64,000 nucleotides of DNA from Octopus vulgaris (taxonomy: Eukaryota), in NCBI GenBank assembly GCA_951406725.2, contig OX597832.1, forward strand, positions 65,162,001 to 65,226,000, given 5' to 3'. A program made the translations under genes and the position numbers. The notes under the pieces were generated by a model. That model saw only the letters and a list, made by a program, of their open reading frames with translations. It was not told where the DNA came from and searched no databases. Below are positions 14,094-27,850 of this stretch, in pieces; the stretch's first letter is position 1, and each line of letters opens with the position of its first letter.

Positions 14094-14490
14094 CATTTAT
14101 ATACATAAAAACTGAGAGAAATATCTATATATGTATACGCGGGAATACGTAATTATATATACAACCATTTATACACGTCTATATAAGTATATACACATTT
14201 AAAAGTGATTGCTTTATCGGAACGAAGCATCATTTTTTATCTTATTGAAATCTAAAGAAGTCGCCATAAGGAAAAGACTTTCAAAGATTGTACATTAGCA
14301 TTATCATTTTTTCTTTGTAAATATGTAAGTATATATATCCATACAAGTTCAATGCGGTCGTGTATATATGTACGTATATACATATATACACACACACATA
14401 CACACACACAGATATATATATATATACCTCAGTACGTATATGTATATATGTACGTATACATGCATACATACATACACACACACACACATT

Positions 14491-14541
<51 letters not shown>

Positions 14542-14569
14542 ATATCTGTATAGATATGCGTTCATATAT

Positions 14570-14604
<35 letters not shown>

Positions 14605-14612
14605 TATATTCT

Positions 14613-14663
<51 letters not shown>

Positions 14664-14835
14664 GCACATATATAAAACATATCTTTTTACATGAATATGT
14701 ACACACACATTCATACAAACATATACCTCAGTACGTATATGTATATATGCATACATACATGCATACATACACACATATACATATATATATATTCAAATAT
14801 CTGTATATATACGTTCATATATATTCATATATTCT

Positions 14836-14879
<44 letters not shown>

Positions 14880-15272
14880 TATATATAACACATCTTTTTA
14901 CATGAATATGTACACACACATTCATACAAACATACATACACACATATATGTATATGTTTATATCTATATTTGTATACGTGTGTATGCATATACTTATATA
15001 CATTAACAAGTGTTCGATTTTTATTTTGTAATTTCTTCATAGATTTTTCATTAACGGTAATATATGTATTATTATTATTGTTATTGTTATTTTTGTCGTT
15101 GTTGCTATTCTTATTGTTTTAATGTTATTGACTTTAATAATCGTGAAGACAAATAGTGGTTGCACAAGTTGTTTATTAATCGGAAACCAAGATGGAACAC
15201 ACAGTATAAGATGTTAACATACATACACACACAAATATTTACATATGTATGAATATATTTGTATGTGTATAT

Positions 15273-15323
<51 letters not shown>

Positions 15324-16449
15324 CACATACATACATATATATAAATATATATATATATGTATGCATACATTCACACACACACATATATATGTGTATCTGT
15401 ATATGCATATATGTATATATACATACACATACGTACATGCGTGTATATATATATATGTATGTATATATGTATGTACGTATGTATGTAGTTACTCACGCAC
15501 TCATACACACAAAAAAATTGAAGAGATAAAAAACAAAATGTCTGCTTGCCCCTTAAGCAATAAGACGTTCTAACAATCAAGACTTTCAATGGTATATGAC
15601 AATTAAACTATATTTTAATATATTTTTTTTTATATATTTTCTATATTTTTGTAACAAATACATTATTTATATATTCATTTACCCTTGTTGTCATTTTGTT
15701 TTTGTAGTGTTGTCGATGTTATGGTATTTGTGTGTGTTGTGTCGTTTGAATAATGTTTTATATATATATATATATTTGTTACTTCATAAATTTTCAACAT
15801 ACGTTGCGTGGATTTTAATTAATAAGGATGCAATCATAATTAAAATACGACTATCTTTTCAGAAAGTATGAAAAGAAAACAAGAAAGAAAAGACGTAATG
15901 TGTATGGGTGGAAGAGAGTAAGGAAGAGAGTGAAAAAGAGTGTGAAAAACAGTATGAAGGAAAAGTGATTAAGAGTAAAAGAGGAGTAATGAAAATATAG
16001 AAAGATAGGGAGAAAAAGTGTAAGAGGGAGCAGGAGTGTAAAACAGTGGAAACGGAATATAGAAGAAAGAGAGGGAAACAAAGAGAAAAATAATCTCTTT
16101 TTGTTGTAGTTTATATGTTTAGGTTTAATTTAATTTTTCATGTTATACTTGCTTGTATTTTATTGTTGTTGCAGTTGTTTTTCTCTTGTTATGCTTAATG
16201 TTATATTCACCGTTTTTTTTAAATAAAAGAGAAGAATAAATGTTAAAATGTTTTCATTACGAAATTATATAGTTTGGTATTTTTGATGTTCATTCTTGTT
16301 CTCACTCGATATATTTCTTGACGTCAATGACAGGATTTTGTGCGAATATGGTAGGTGGATTGGTAGAATGTGTATAGCATCGGGATAAATTTTCTCTTGT
16401 CGTATTTGATTATGACGTTCTCTGATTTGATTTCTAATCATGCCAATGT

Positions 16450-19400
16450 TAATTTTAATTTTATCTTTGGAACTTCCTCGGGTCTAGATGTCTTGCAAAC
16501 AACTTACACATGCAAGTGCTACCAGTCGAGAATTCCGCATACCGGAAGCCAGCTAGTATATGGGGTCATCAGGAGAGAATGCACGCCGTTTCGGGGCCTA
16601 CCTCTCGATGGCATCAATGCGCACCGGCCCCCCTCACTGATATGAGGCCCCGCTTGCTAGATCAACTGGTTATCAACTAAAGCTCACTATTTCTCTAGCC
16701 ATTGCTCATCGTCTCTTTTTAACCAAATCCAGTGGCTAGCCCTCTCCACTGTAGTTTGGATATCGGTATTGACTTTATGATGATTTAGGCCTAACGATAA
16801 CAACAGTAGTCTCACACTGTGTCCAACAAACCCTCTACATCCAACTTCGATTAGAAAATGCTACGCTTTCCAGCCCACGTCTTCACATTCCTCGATGAAG
16901 TTTACGTAACGGTCAATCTTTCGAGCCCGAGAGGAGTCCATGTTATCTTCATCAGGAACCGTTAACTCGACTAGATTTACAGCATTCCTTTTTTCACACC
17001 ACATCAAAATGTCCGTTTTTTTTCGTAACTGGGATAGGAAAGAATCCCTGGCACCTTGGTAAATCTGCAGTCACCTCCCAATAGCCGTTCCACTTTTCAT
17101 CTCTCACAGGAAGTTTCTTGTTCTTCTTCTTGAAACGGATCCGCTGACCTGGGCGCACAAATGTGATGAAATCTGTAGTTGGTACTTTCAACGGTTTTTT
17201 CTCAGTGTTGTTGAGATGAATTTGGTTCTTTATAGCATTGGATATAACCTTAAGGACCAGGTTATATGAACAGTTGGAATGAATATGTTTCAGTGTTACG
17301 ACCCGTCCGCATTTGCATATGCCATTTTCTGAGACGTTCCATTTACTAGATTCGTACGTATGGCAAAACATCATAGGATGAACGAATCAGAAAACGTAGC
17401 CGAGATGTCATGCACTCCCACATCTCATCTCAACTTATTTTCCTCTTAACAACATGTTCTTCCCATCTGACCATCTGTCCTTGTTGAATACATCGGATTA
17501 AATGAACCTCTCTTCTTTCTAGTTCTCTCGTTTTGACGCTGTTGCTAACAATAGGCCTGCGTTCGCTCCGCATGATACTCGCAAACAGTTTGAACTGATC
17601 TGCTCCAAAACCAAGTCCTTTGCGATGGTTTTGCGTTGCACCTGCCATATCTCTTTGAATAAGAGAAGACAGGGTGCCCTCAGTCTCTGCTTCAGTTTCC
17701 ACTTCTTGGCTGTTTTCACATCTGGTGGGTTACGCCTGATTTCCATGTCCTTCGATTCTCTCAGCATCATCACCGTCCGTATCTTCCCCAGTTTATATAT
17801 TTCGACTATTGATGCTAGTGGTAGCTGCAACGAACCTCTTTTACGGTAAAGAGCTGAACTGTTCAACATCCGAGGTTGGCCTAGACACTTTCTAATGAAC
17901 ACATTACATTTTTGTTCAATGATCTAAACTCGTGATAATGCTACCTCGTATATTAAAAGTGGCCACGAAAGTCGCGGGTACAAGCCGAACTACAAGCACC
18001 AAATATTATAGTTATGAATTGCTGATAATCCAGCTTCGGCTTGTTTCATAATTTCCATCCCGTGACTTCTGTCTGATAATGTTCCAGCGTATACTCGCCC
18101 CAAGCTCTTGACGGGTTCTTCTTTGACTGTTGGAATGCTTTCTTCAGCTATTTGAAACTTAAATTCTTTCTGCACTCCCTTAACAAATGTCAGACTTCGT
18201 GACCTTTTCCCTCTAAACCTCATCCTTGACCCCTCACAAGTTCTTCTAGTCTCAAGAGGGCATTCTGCAGGATTTGTTTATCTGTAGCTAGAAGTGTCAC
18301 GTCATCCATGAAGACTTTCTTAGGCGATTGTACATGGGCGATTTGTTCCGAAAAAACTACAGCTTTCAAAATCATCTCCATGACTAAGATAAACCACGTG
18401 ACAGATATTGTAAAGCCAGCAGTAATGCCAATCTCCAATCGGCGCCAATCTGTTGTAAAATATCCAGCTGTAAACCTAATTTCGAAATTGTCATAGTACA
18501 TCCTCATTATTTTGATCACTTTATCTGGAATGTGGAAGAGGTCCATGGCTCTTATCAGTAATTCGTGTGGCACTGAACCATATGCATTAGCTAGGTCAAG
18601 CCATACTAGGTTCAGACATCTCTTGTTCTCTTCGGCATCCTGGATCGCTTTCCGAATCAAAAAACAGTGTTCAACACATCCAGGGATTCCGGCCTTTGAA
18701 CAGAATCATCAACATATCCGTTATTCTGTAAACATGCCACTGTTCTCCTCGAAAGAATTCCCATAACGATCTTGCCTTCCACATTCAATAAGGATATCGG
18801 CCTAAACTGTTTTATGGTCTTTGCATTGGCCTCCTTCGACAGGTATATACCTTACACCAATCATCTACTATAGTCTCCTCGCGCCACAGCTGTCGGAGTA
18901 GGAGGAAAAGCTTCTTTTGCAGACGATTGCAATATTTATAAACTTTATATGAGACGCCATCACATCCTAGGGCACTCGTTGCTCTAGCTTTTCTAACGAA
19001 ATCATTTACCTCTCTCTCCCTGATGTTCCCAATCTGGAATTCGATATCAGGTTCTGAGAGATGATTTAGCCCTTGTGGAGGTGGTAGTGGCTGGTTACGG
19101 TGCGGATCGCTGTAGCTTTCCTTGATATGAGCATCCAATTTTTCTTTCGTGCACGATAAAGAACCACTCTTCGGTGCAGTAAACAGCTTCTTAGTAAACC
19201 CGTACGGGTCCTTCAGAAATTGCCCCTGGGTTCTTTTACTCTCCTTTCGACGCTCGTATATGCGGATAGGTTGTTGCACATAACAATATTTCCTTTTCAA
19301 ATCTTTATACAGCAGCGCGAGGCCAGGTGTTTCATCTTTTGTAGCACATTTCCATCGCTTTCTTAGGCTGGTCTTTTCCTTCCTCAACTGTTTCATTTTC

Positions 19401-19830
19401 TTGATCCTCCTGCTTGGCCCACAGTTTCCTTTCGCTAATCGGATATTCTCTTTCACTCTAAACAATTCCTTTCTTGTATCGTAAATTGAGCTTGTTAATT
19501 TTCCCAGTTTCTCAAATGTAGGGCCTATCATTTTATAAAGATCTCGGCATACCTTGTTTTCAAACTCTTTATATTTCTCTTTTTCATAAACAGAAGGCCA
19601 CAAAACCCTCGGTTTCCTCCGAGTACTATCTGATGCACCAGTTTCATGACTTGCATTTATCGATCCTCTGTAGTTTGAGTCCGGAATTGATTTGCCACGT
19701 GTTTTACGATCAGATGATCCATACTGTTCTGTATTCTTCTCACAAGTCTTTCCCTGATGTATCTTCAAGCCTCTCACAGTTGCAAAGGTTCTACATCAAA
19801 GGTTCTTTTTTTGCAACATTCAGATTAAAA
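16450..19830 (-). mobile_element. Hero-like (R2 superfamily, RLE) non-LTR retrotransposon, decayed and near full length
   Basis: N-terminal Zn-finger remnant RGLKIHQGKTC; RT motifs WLDLANAYGSVPH, FMDDVTL, VKSLGRVY; Zn-knuckle CKCGRVVTLKHIHSNC; RLE VELTVPDEDN and IEVGCRGFVG; end ERASHWIWLKR..WLEK*. Many frameshifts. Confidence 0.85.
16566..16651 (-). ncRNA. hammerhead-core structured RNA with scrambled strand order in the LINE 3' UTR
   Basis: GGGGCCU...AUGCC-AUC|GAGAGG-U-AGGCCCC-GAAA-CGGCGU-GCAU-UCUCUC-CUGAUGA. Three helices close around the core by eye. Confidence 0.55.
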
Positions 19831-20045
19831 TCACTTTGCTTTTTGCCTATGTGTAAGATATTGATGGTACTACTTGAGGATATAGCATTGAAAGACATAG
19901 CTAAAAGTATTTGGAATAAAGTTTCTTGCCTTTCTAATTTCCAGTGCCTCCAAGGTCAACTTTACGTTTTAGGCATTAATAAAATATAGAAGCAGTTAAT
20001 ACAGTTCTATATTTAAGAGATGAAGGATTATGTACACTATTTATA

Positions 20046-20211
20046 TTATTTCCATTTGACGGATACTTGTCGTCATCTTTTAACACAACGTTTCAGCTGA
20101 TATACCCTCCAGCCTTCTTCAAGTATCTTGGGGAAATTTCGAACCTGGGTTCTCAAATGTTGTGTTAACAACAAACAAGATAAAGACAAATATCCGTCAA
20201 ATGTAAATAAT
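20046..20211. mobile_element. short inverted-repeat cassette with a decayed HHR on the minus strand
   Basis: Arms 20046-20093/20155-20211. Minus strand UUGAAGA-A-GGCUG..CAGCU-GAAA-CGUU at 20082-20125. Confidence 0.65.
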
Positions 20212-21587
20212 GTAAATAATGAAGAAGCAATTAGATTTCAAAATTAGTAGACGTTGAACGAAATATACAGCAGTGATTAACGTCCCTTCCGTACTCAGTA
20301 TGAATGTCGCCATGGTCAAATTTGTCTTTCCTCATTCATTAGATTAATGTGACGTCACGGAAATCGTTTGATTTATAAAAGCGTTGGAAAAAATGGCTTC
20401 CGGTATTTCAAATGTAATTAATCTTCTTTCTGATTTTGAATGTTAACAATGTCAATTTTATTTTCCATATGTGGCCGAGATCGACGAAATAGGATGCACC
20501 AGACAAGAAATAAGCTGAGGGTGATCTTAAGGGGCCTAAACTTTTCTCATAAATTTGAAGACGGCTTTCACTAGATAGTAATAACCAAAAATGTTATAGA
20601 ATCGATATGGTTATCGGATTGTTGATCGTAGGAATTACTTCACAGTTCTATATCCGCTGCAAATCAATATGTATTCATGAGGACTAGCGTTGGTACAAGG
20701 TTGAAAATTTAAAACTGGATTCCTTACCTCAGGAAAATGAATTTATTAAACTGATGAACAACAGCACCATTACTTACAAATTTCCAACAGATGATTCACT
20801 GGTCTACATCTTACATTTTTTGCACTGCAGATAGCCATCGTCGAAACATATAGACAGACATAAAGACATACATTTAGAATACAGTCTCGAACGCATGTAT
20901 AGCTACCAATCTCTGCTTTTCCCTTCGTCCGTTTCTCTAAACACAGAACTATCTAAGTGTGTACGCATGTGTGCATGTGTGCAAGTATATGCACATTTAC
21001 AAACAAACATTTATAAAATCATTATATACGATTGTATCTTACATGAGTCAGTTGAATGCTACTTCTAGTATGTGAAGCGAGTTTATTCTGATAAATTACC
21101 CCAAAATACATGGAGAATAATATTCTGGGTGTATGTTTTCGTGTGCATGTTTCAGGTTTAAGCCTAAAATTGAGTCTGATTATATGAGAAATATATTCTC
21201 TCAAATGCCTCCAACCACCACTTTCGAATCTTGTTTTCAGGAATTATCTATCGCAGTGCAATACCTTATTGTTTGCGTTCTTTCACAAGATATTTGGGTG
21301 ATTTGTGACGGAGATAGATTTGGCTGATAGTTTTAGATGGTCAAGAGTGTACATAGATTGACACGCAACCTCTTGTTGTTGCACATCTCGAAATTTATGT
21401 GTTAATGTTCTTCCGTATCAATTTGTATCGGTTGCATCAGAGATAGAGAATAAGAAACTAAGATAATGAATACAAGAATTGATCGAAGAGAGAAAACCAG
21501 ATGTGACTGCATCAGTAAAATTTATACTTCGAAGAATTTGTTAGCGAAGTAATGAGTGAGTGGAAGAAATATTACAGCGACAGTTTA

Positions 21588-21714
21588 GGCAGGCGTGGTT
21601 GCGTGGTAAGAAGCTTGCTTCTCAATCACATAGTTACGAGTTCAGTCTCACTTGCTACCTTGGGCGAACGTCTTCCACTACTGTTTCGTAGCCGGAAACT
21701 GAAAGAAGACCGTC

Positions 21715-21750
<36 letters not shown>

Positions 21751-22000
21751 AAGGGGGGGGGCGTGCGTGTGTGTGCGTGTGTATGTATGCGTGTGTGTAT
21801 TTGTATGTGTGTGTAGTCTTGTCTTCCATCGCTTGTCAACCAGTGTTGATGTCTTTACATTCCTATAACTTTGCTGTCCATCAAACGATACAGATAGAAT
21901 AAATACCTGCACTTAAAAGTATTGGACCGATTCATTCGACTAAAAACTTTTCTGAACGGTGCCCCATTATGGCCTCAGACTAATAGCTGAAACAAATAAC
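21588..22000 (+). mobile_element. SINE family A, degenerate
   Basis: Collinear with 22517-22946. Confidence 0.75.
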
Positions 22001-22516
22001 ATAAAATTAGTTGCGCATCGTTACTCTTGAGGGATCAAAGCACACCGAAGCAAATTTTGCCTTCCCCCTTCGCGCTTCCAGTGATATAAAATACCAAGCA
22101 AATACAGGCCCTGGTTTAATCCAATCCTCGCATAACCTCTTTGAAGCTTTGCACCAATGTTTTAAACTTAGAAGACGAATGACTTTCTCATTTAAATTCC
22201 TACTAAAATTCAAGTTTTTATTTCATTTATTTTCGCAGTCTAAACTATAAAATACCTGTCATATACTGGTGTTGCAAGTCAACTAAGGATCCATGCTCCA
22301 CACCAATATATCTGCCTTTGTAAATTTATCAAAATCTTTATTTCTAGAACTTTTGTTGCATTGTTTATTTTGCGATTTATTCTGTGGTACAAATATTGAA
22401 TAGGAAAACGTAGGAAATTCTACTTGGTAGATCAAGTTGCTAGAAATAGCAACTTCATCTCCTTCAACTCACATAAAACTGGGTTTTTTTTAAAAGCAGA
22501 ATACATTGTGGGACAT

Positions 22517-22946
22517 ACTCTTACTCTTTACTCTTTTATTCTTTTACTTGTTTCAGTCATTTGACTGCGGCCATGCTGGAGCACAGCCTTTAATCGAGCA
22601 ACTCGACCCCGGGACTTATTCTTTTGTAAGCCCAGTACTTATTCTATCGGTCTTTTGCTGAACCGCTAAGTAACGGGGACATAAACACACCAGCATCGGT
22701 TGTCAAGCAATGCTAGGGGGACTAACCCAGGCACACAAACACACACGCACACACACACACACACATATATATATACATATATACGACGAGTTTCTTTCAG
22801 TTTCCCTCTACCAAATCCACTCACAAGGCTTTGGTCGGCCCGAGGCTATAGTAGAAGACACTTGCCCAAGATTCCACGCAGTGGGACTGAACCCGGAACC
22901 ATGTGGCTGGTAAACAAGCTACTTACCACACAGCCACTCCTGTGCC
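22517..22946 (-). mobile_element. SINE family A, full length
   Basis: tRNA-like head (TGGCTGTGTGGT A box, GGGTTCAGTCCC B box), internal (TA)/(TG) tract, (AAGAGTA)n tail. Confidence 0.9.
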
Positions 22947-24112
22947 TATGTAAGGTTTGTATAGACATTTTGTATGATCACATTTGGAACATTTTTTTTC
23001 GTAGATTTGCTTTGTTGGGACACGTTGAGTTTTAAATGGCAATGGCGATGAAAACAGGATGGCGAAGACAGTCAAGGCCACGTCAAGGACAACAGCACTG
23101 ACACAACTGATAGCAATGACAATGGATCTAACTGGCAAGATAATAACGATGACAAAATAACGCCACCATCCTCGACGAAGATGACGAGAAGCCCACCATC
23201 GAACACCACAACCACCATCAGCACCATCTCCAATACCACCACCACCAGTATCCCCATCACCATCTCCGCCATCACCTTCCATCAATCCCTCACCTGTACC
23301 ATCATGAGCATCATCACCACAAATACAACAAACACCGACACCACCGACTCCACAACCACCGCCATCACTACCACCACCACACTCACCTATACCACCAATC
23401 AAACGGTAAAACAGAGACATGCATGCTGGTCAATATATATTATAAGTGGATTGGTCAAAGCTGGCAGGTCACTAGTCGTGGGATCTCATCAGTTGTGGGT
23501 GAAACATTGCAAGGTAAAAGATTCTCAATAGCAACAACAACACGAATAATACCACAAAGAACGTAAGGAGCGCCAAAGTAGAAAAGACAACAGCATCAGT
23601 TACTACAGCAACAGCATCCCCAACAACAACTACGGCAGAATAAAAGAGAGAAACAAAAACAACAGCAAGAATGGAAACAACAACAGCAAGAGCAGCAGGG
23701 GCCGCAGGAGCAGCAGCAGAAGCAACAAGATTAGCAATATGGAAGAATAGTTTCTTGTTTTGCACCGAATGTGGGTCGGGTTTTGATGTTGGGGATACAA
23801 GACAGATGGAGAGAAGGTGAGAGAGAGAAAGCGAGAAAGAGAGAGAGAGAGAGTGACAGAGAGGAAAGAAATGAGAGGGAGAGTGAGAGGGGAATGTCTG
23901 CCTTCATCTGTTTTCGCATGATAGAATTAATAAACAGCCGTCTTTGAGTCATGATGTGCGTCTCCGGAGAATTGGCGGGAAAGAAATACCGAAATGATAC
24001 GAGGAAATGTAATTCTTCATTAGTTAAATTGATTAGTAGATTTGTTTCTAAAAATGTCTAATGGAAATATAGTGATGTCAGACACACGTACACCAATACA
24101 CATGCACGCTTG

Positions 24113-24174
<62 letters not shown>

Positions 24175-24291
24175 TATACACACATACATACTCTTGAATT
24201 AAATATGCTAACACACGCTAGCAACATATGAATGTCTCTACGTATACACACACACATACAAGTATATATATATATATGCATATATATATAC

Positions 24292-24344
<53 letters not shown>

Positions 24345-24591
24345 TATATATCTATATGTATGTATATATATGTGTGTGCGTGATGCTTGCCTCATATACG
24401 TAGTGTATGCAATATTAAGAAGAAGACAATTTACATATCTATTAATAAATGAATACGATATACATAATTATACGCATACGTCCATACTCCACACACACAC
24501 ACAATCGTATATATACACACACGAACAAATTCAGATACACATATAAATGTATGCGTATGAATATATATATATGTATATAATATATGTGTAT

Positions 24592-24652
<61 letters not shown>

Positions 24653-24695
24653 TATATATGTGTATGCACACGCACACACACACACACACACACAT

Positions 24696-24734
<39 letters not shown>

Positions 24735-24742
24735 CAGACACA

Positions 24743-24910
24743 GAGAGTTGAAATTTATAGAAAAACAAAAAACGAAGAGAGGTTTATGAACAACAAACAA
24801 GTGTAATAGTTTGACTCTCGGGAAAATGAAAAAGTACTTTACGTTTTGAGTCTAGGCTCTTCCACAGAAAGGAATAAGAGAAAATAAACAGAGAAAGAAT
24901 GAGAAGAACT
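24743..24910 (-). mobile_element. old solo 3' end of a pLTR related to the Neptune-type element
   Basis: Minus strand CTTTCTGTGGAAGAGCCTAGACTCAAAACGTAAAG and the following tail align with 42855-42990. Confidence 0.7.
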
Positions 24911-24957
24911 TGTAGATTTCTGCAGTTAGGCATGGCGAATGATTAGAAAAAACTTAC

Positions 24958-25225
24958 TTCGTCGGTTACAACGACGAAGGTTCCAGTTAATCCGATCAAC
25001 AAAAGACCTTAGTCGTGAAATTAATTTTACAAGTGACTGAGCACTCCACAGACACGCATACCCTTAACGTTGTTCTCAAGGAGCTTTAGCGAGACACAGG
25101 ATGTGAAAATGCTGGCCTTTCGAAATAGCAGATACTACTCATTGTTGCTTGCAAAGTGGACTGAAGGGGCACAACGCTGCACCGTGCATCGAAATTATGG
25201 CTTTACGATCGTGAGTCAAGCCTCT
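24958..25225 (-). mobile_element. SINE family C, degenerate
   Basis: Aligns with 49109-49290. Confidence 0.7.
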
Positions 25226-26599
25226 TCATACACAGACATAAACACACGCACACACTCGCATACACACACAAACACACACCAGGTACGTGCCGCCTGGATA
25301 GGCAAGGTAGGCAGTGCCTACCTTCAATAATCTAGATCTATAGCAACAATTTCCTTTCATGGCAAAATATGCACCAAATTCAGGGAATTTATGAAGGTTA
25401 CTCTGATTACTATGCATAAAATGCAAAATATTTTATTTTTTGTAGATTAAGTAGACATAATTCACCCCTGCTTTTAAATCTTTGTATTTAAGCTACGCAT
25501 AGAACTGCTGTAATACACATTCTGTGTACATTTCTATAACAATATTTTTTTAACGTTCTATAAAGGCAGGAGCAAATCTGCCTCCAATCTAGCCACGCGC
25601 CAGTATTTCGCTTATTTTTTGCGCATTTTACTATATAAAGGTCACCAACTGCCTACCCTAAGTAATTAGTAGGGACACGTGCCTGATTTATTCATTTACT
25701 TACAATGGCTCCAACACACGTAGAAGTTATAAACATTTTCTCAAATATTCTCTTTAACTTTAGACATACTGCTTATGCTGACGAGAGACATTCATGAGGT
25801 CTCGTCGCATCTCCTTCTCGAAATAACAGTCAACTGTGATGTAATCGTGGAGAATAAATCTCAAACATAAGATGAGTACCGTGGCTGATTTCTTCGTCTA
25901 CACCTTACAGGGTGGTGCTCCAGAATGGTCGCATGTTTATAACTGAAACGAGGAAAATATAAATGACGAAACATAACGACAAGCGCACAGAAACGCACAT
26001 GAACACACATACAGAGTCCTCCACACATACACATCTAATTGCAAACATACACACGCACAGACACATGCAAATACATACTCATACAAGCACACACACAAAC
26101 AAACGCACACAGAGAAACACACACAGACATACAGACACAAGTAATATTATAAATTCACCTACATTCTCGTACGACTCTATACCTAACGTTCATTCTCTTC
26201 ATAATAGTTATCAATATCAATATGGGACATGTATTACAATATTTGTTGCTGTCGTTTAATTGCAATAGTTGTCTGATCGAACAGATCTGTGATCGAATGC
26301 ATTTTAGCCATAACCATCACCTCTTTTCTCTAGCATCGCGATTCTGTCTAAAACTACATTATTCAATAATTATTTGTCAATTTGATGATGATAAGGTGTG
26401 ATGTAATTGAGATTTGATTGTTATCTGTAACACATCATTCAATGAAATTAGAATCTATCTCTTTCTGCTGTGATTCGGGCCAGCGAAATATCAAAAGCTT
26501 GACGTTGGCAGTGATTGCGGACACAGTTTGCTGTTGCTTTCAGTGATGGAGTCCCGCATTGTGAATGTGAAGCCCCTTTGGTGTTGCAATGTTTAATAG

Positions 26600-27850
26600 C
26601 GCTCCGCTTTATAATTCTGGAATTTACATAACATGTGATCGTTGATAAAACTCGTATCTCTGAAATACCGACCACGGCTGTTGTTTGCTGATTAATTCGC
26701 GTTGTGATTATTGGTAGAATCGAAAAGTGTGATGGTGAATAATGTGTTTAAGTAGTCGAGATTTGTGATTGATTACAGATTCAGTGACACTGATTACTAA
26801 CAGTGATATTTCTAATGAGTTTGTGACCGAATGCGCGCGGTAGTCTGTGATACAGGCCGTAGTTTTGATCGTTGCAAAAAAGCTGGTATCGCAATATTCG
26901 ATGTTTAGTTCCATATTAAGTTCTTTCATTGTATGATTCGATTGTATAATTGTAGAAACAATACCTTGACCTGGTAATTTTACACTATGACTTTGCTATC
27001 GCTTATATTTTGTAAGGTTCACGTCGAAGCTTTTTCACCAGTTCAGCGATGGAATTGTAATTACTGTCCATTATTGAAATTGCTGGTACAAACCTGTGCC
27101 GTTATTACCGGTAACGTTCAGTGTTATAGTCGTACATGTGCCAGCATCATGATCGTAGATGCATTAGTGTCTTCACTTTTAATGCAGAGCTGTGTCATAA
27201 TCATAGGTGCGTCAGAGACATGATTGGTCGTGGCAAAGAGCTCTAAGTTGTGTTCGTTTATACGGTTCATTGTCACGGATCGTTCATGTAACTGAGTATC
27301 TTGATCCTTGAAGCAGCCTAAAGTCACTGATTGCTTATACAACCCGACATCTTGATCTAAAGCAGCCTTGCTTCACCATTGACATAGCTCAGTGTCTTCA
27401 ACTATTAACATAGCTCAGTATTGTGATCGTTGATACAGTTCAGTCTTTTTCCTATTTGTTACAGTTCAATGATTTTCCTTTGTTACAGTCCAGTGATTTG
27501 CCCCATTTTTACTGCTCATTATCGCTGATCGTTGTTACTGCTGAGTCTTTCTAACCCTACATATAGATCATTGCATCTTGTTCAAGATAAAGTTCTATGG
27601 CAGTGATCGATGTAGTGCAATGACGTTTTGTGGTCGTAGAAACGCCAGCATCTTGACCAGTGATACATCTTAGGATCATGATCTTCATACAGCCCGAGGT
27701 CAAGACATAGGTCAGCCTAGTTTCGTGACCTCGGATCATCCTCACATTATGATCGCTGAAACACTAGAGTGTCATTCATTGATTGTTGATGCAGCCAAAC
27801 GTCGTAAACGCTCACATCACAGAGTCAGTGATCGATAAGCAAAATATTAA
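26600..27850. repeat. degenerate ~25-bp minisatellite-like array
   Basis: Recurrent TGATCGTTGATACAGCTCAGT-like units, clearest at 27299-27550. Confidence 0.55.

Noticed and set aside
14340-14950. Tandem duplication of degenerate TA/CA blocks
   Set aside because: Ordinary slippage in low-complexity DNA.
22895-22946. tRNA genes at SINE heads
   Set aside because: A/B boxes only, no complete cloverleaf; they belong to SINEs.
26600-27850. CRISPR-like periodicity
   Set aside because: Units are diverged, there are no unique spacers or cas genes, and the context is eukaryotic.
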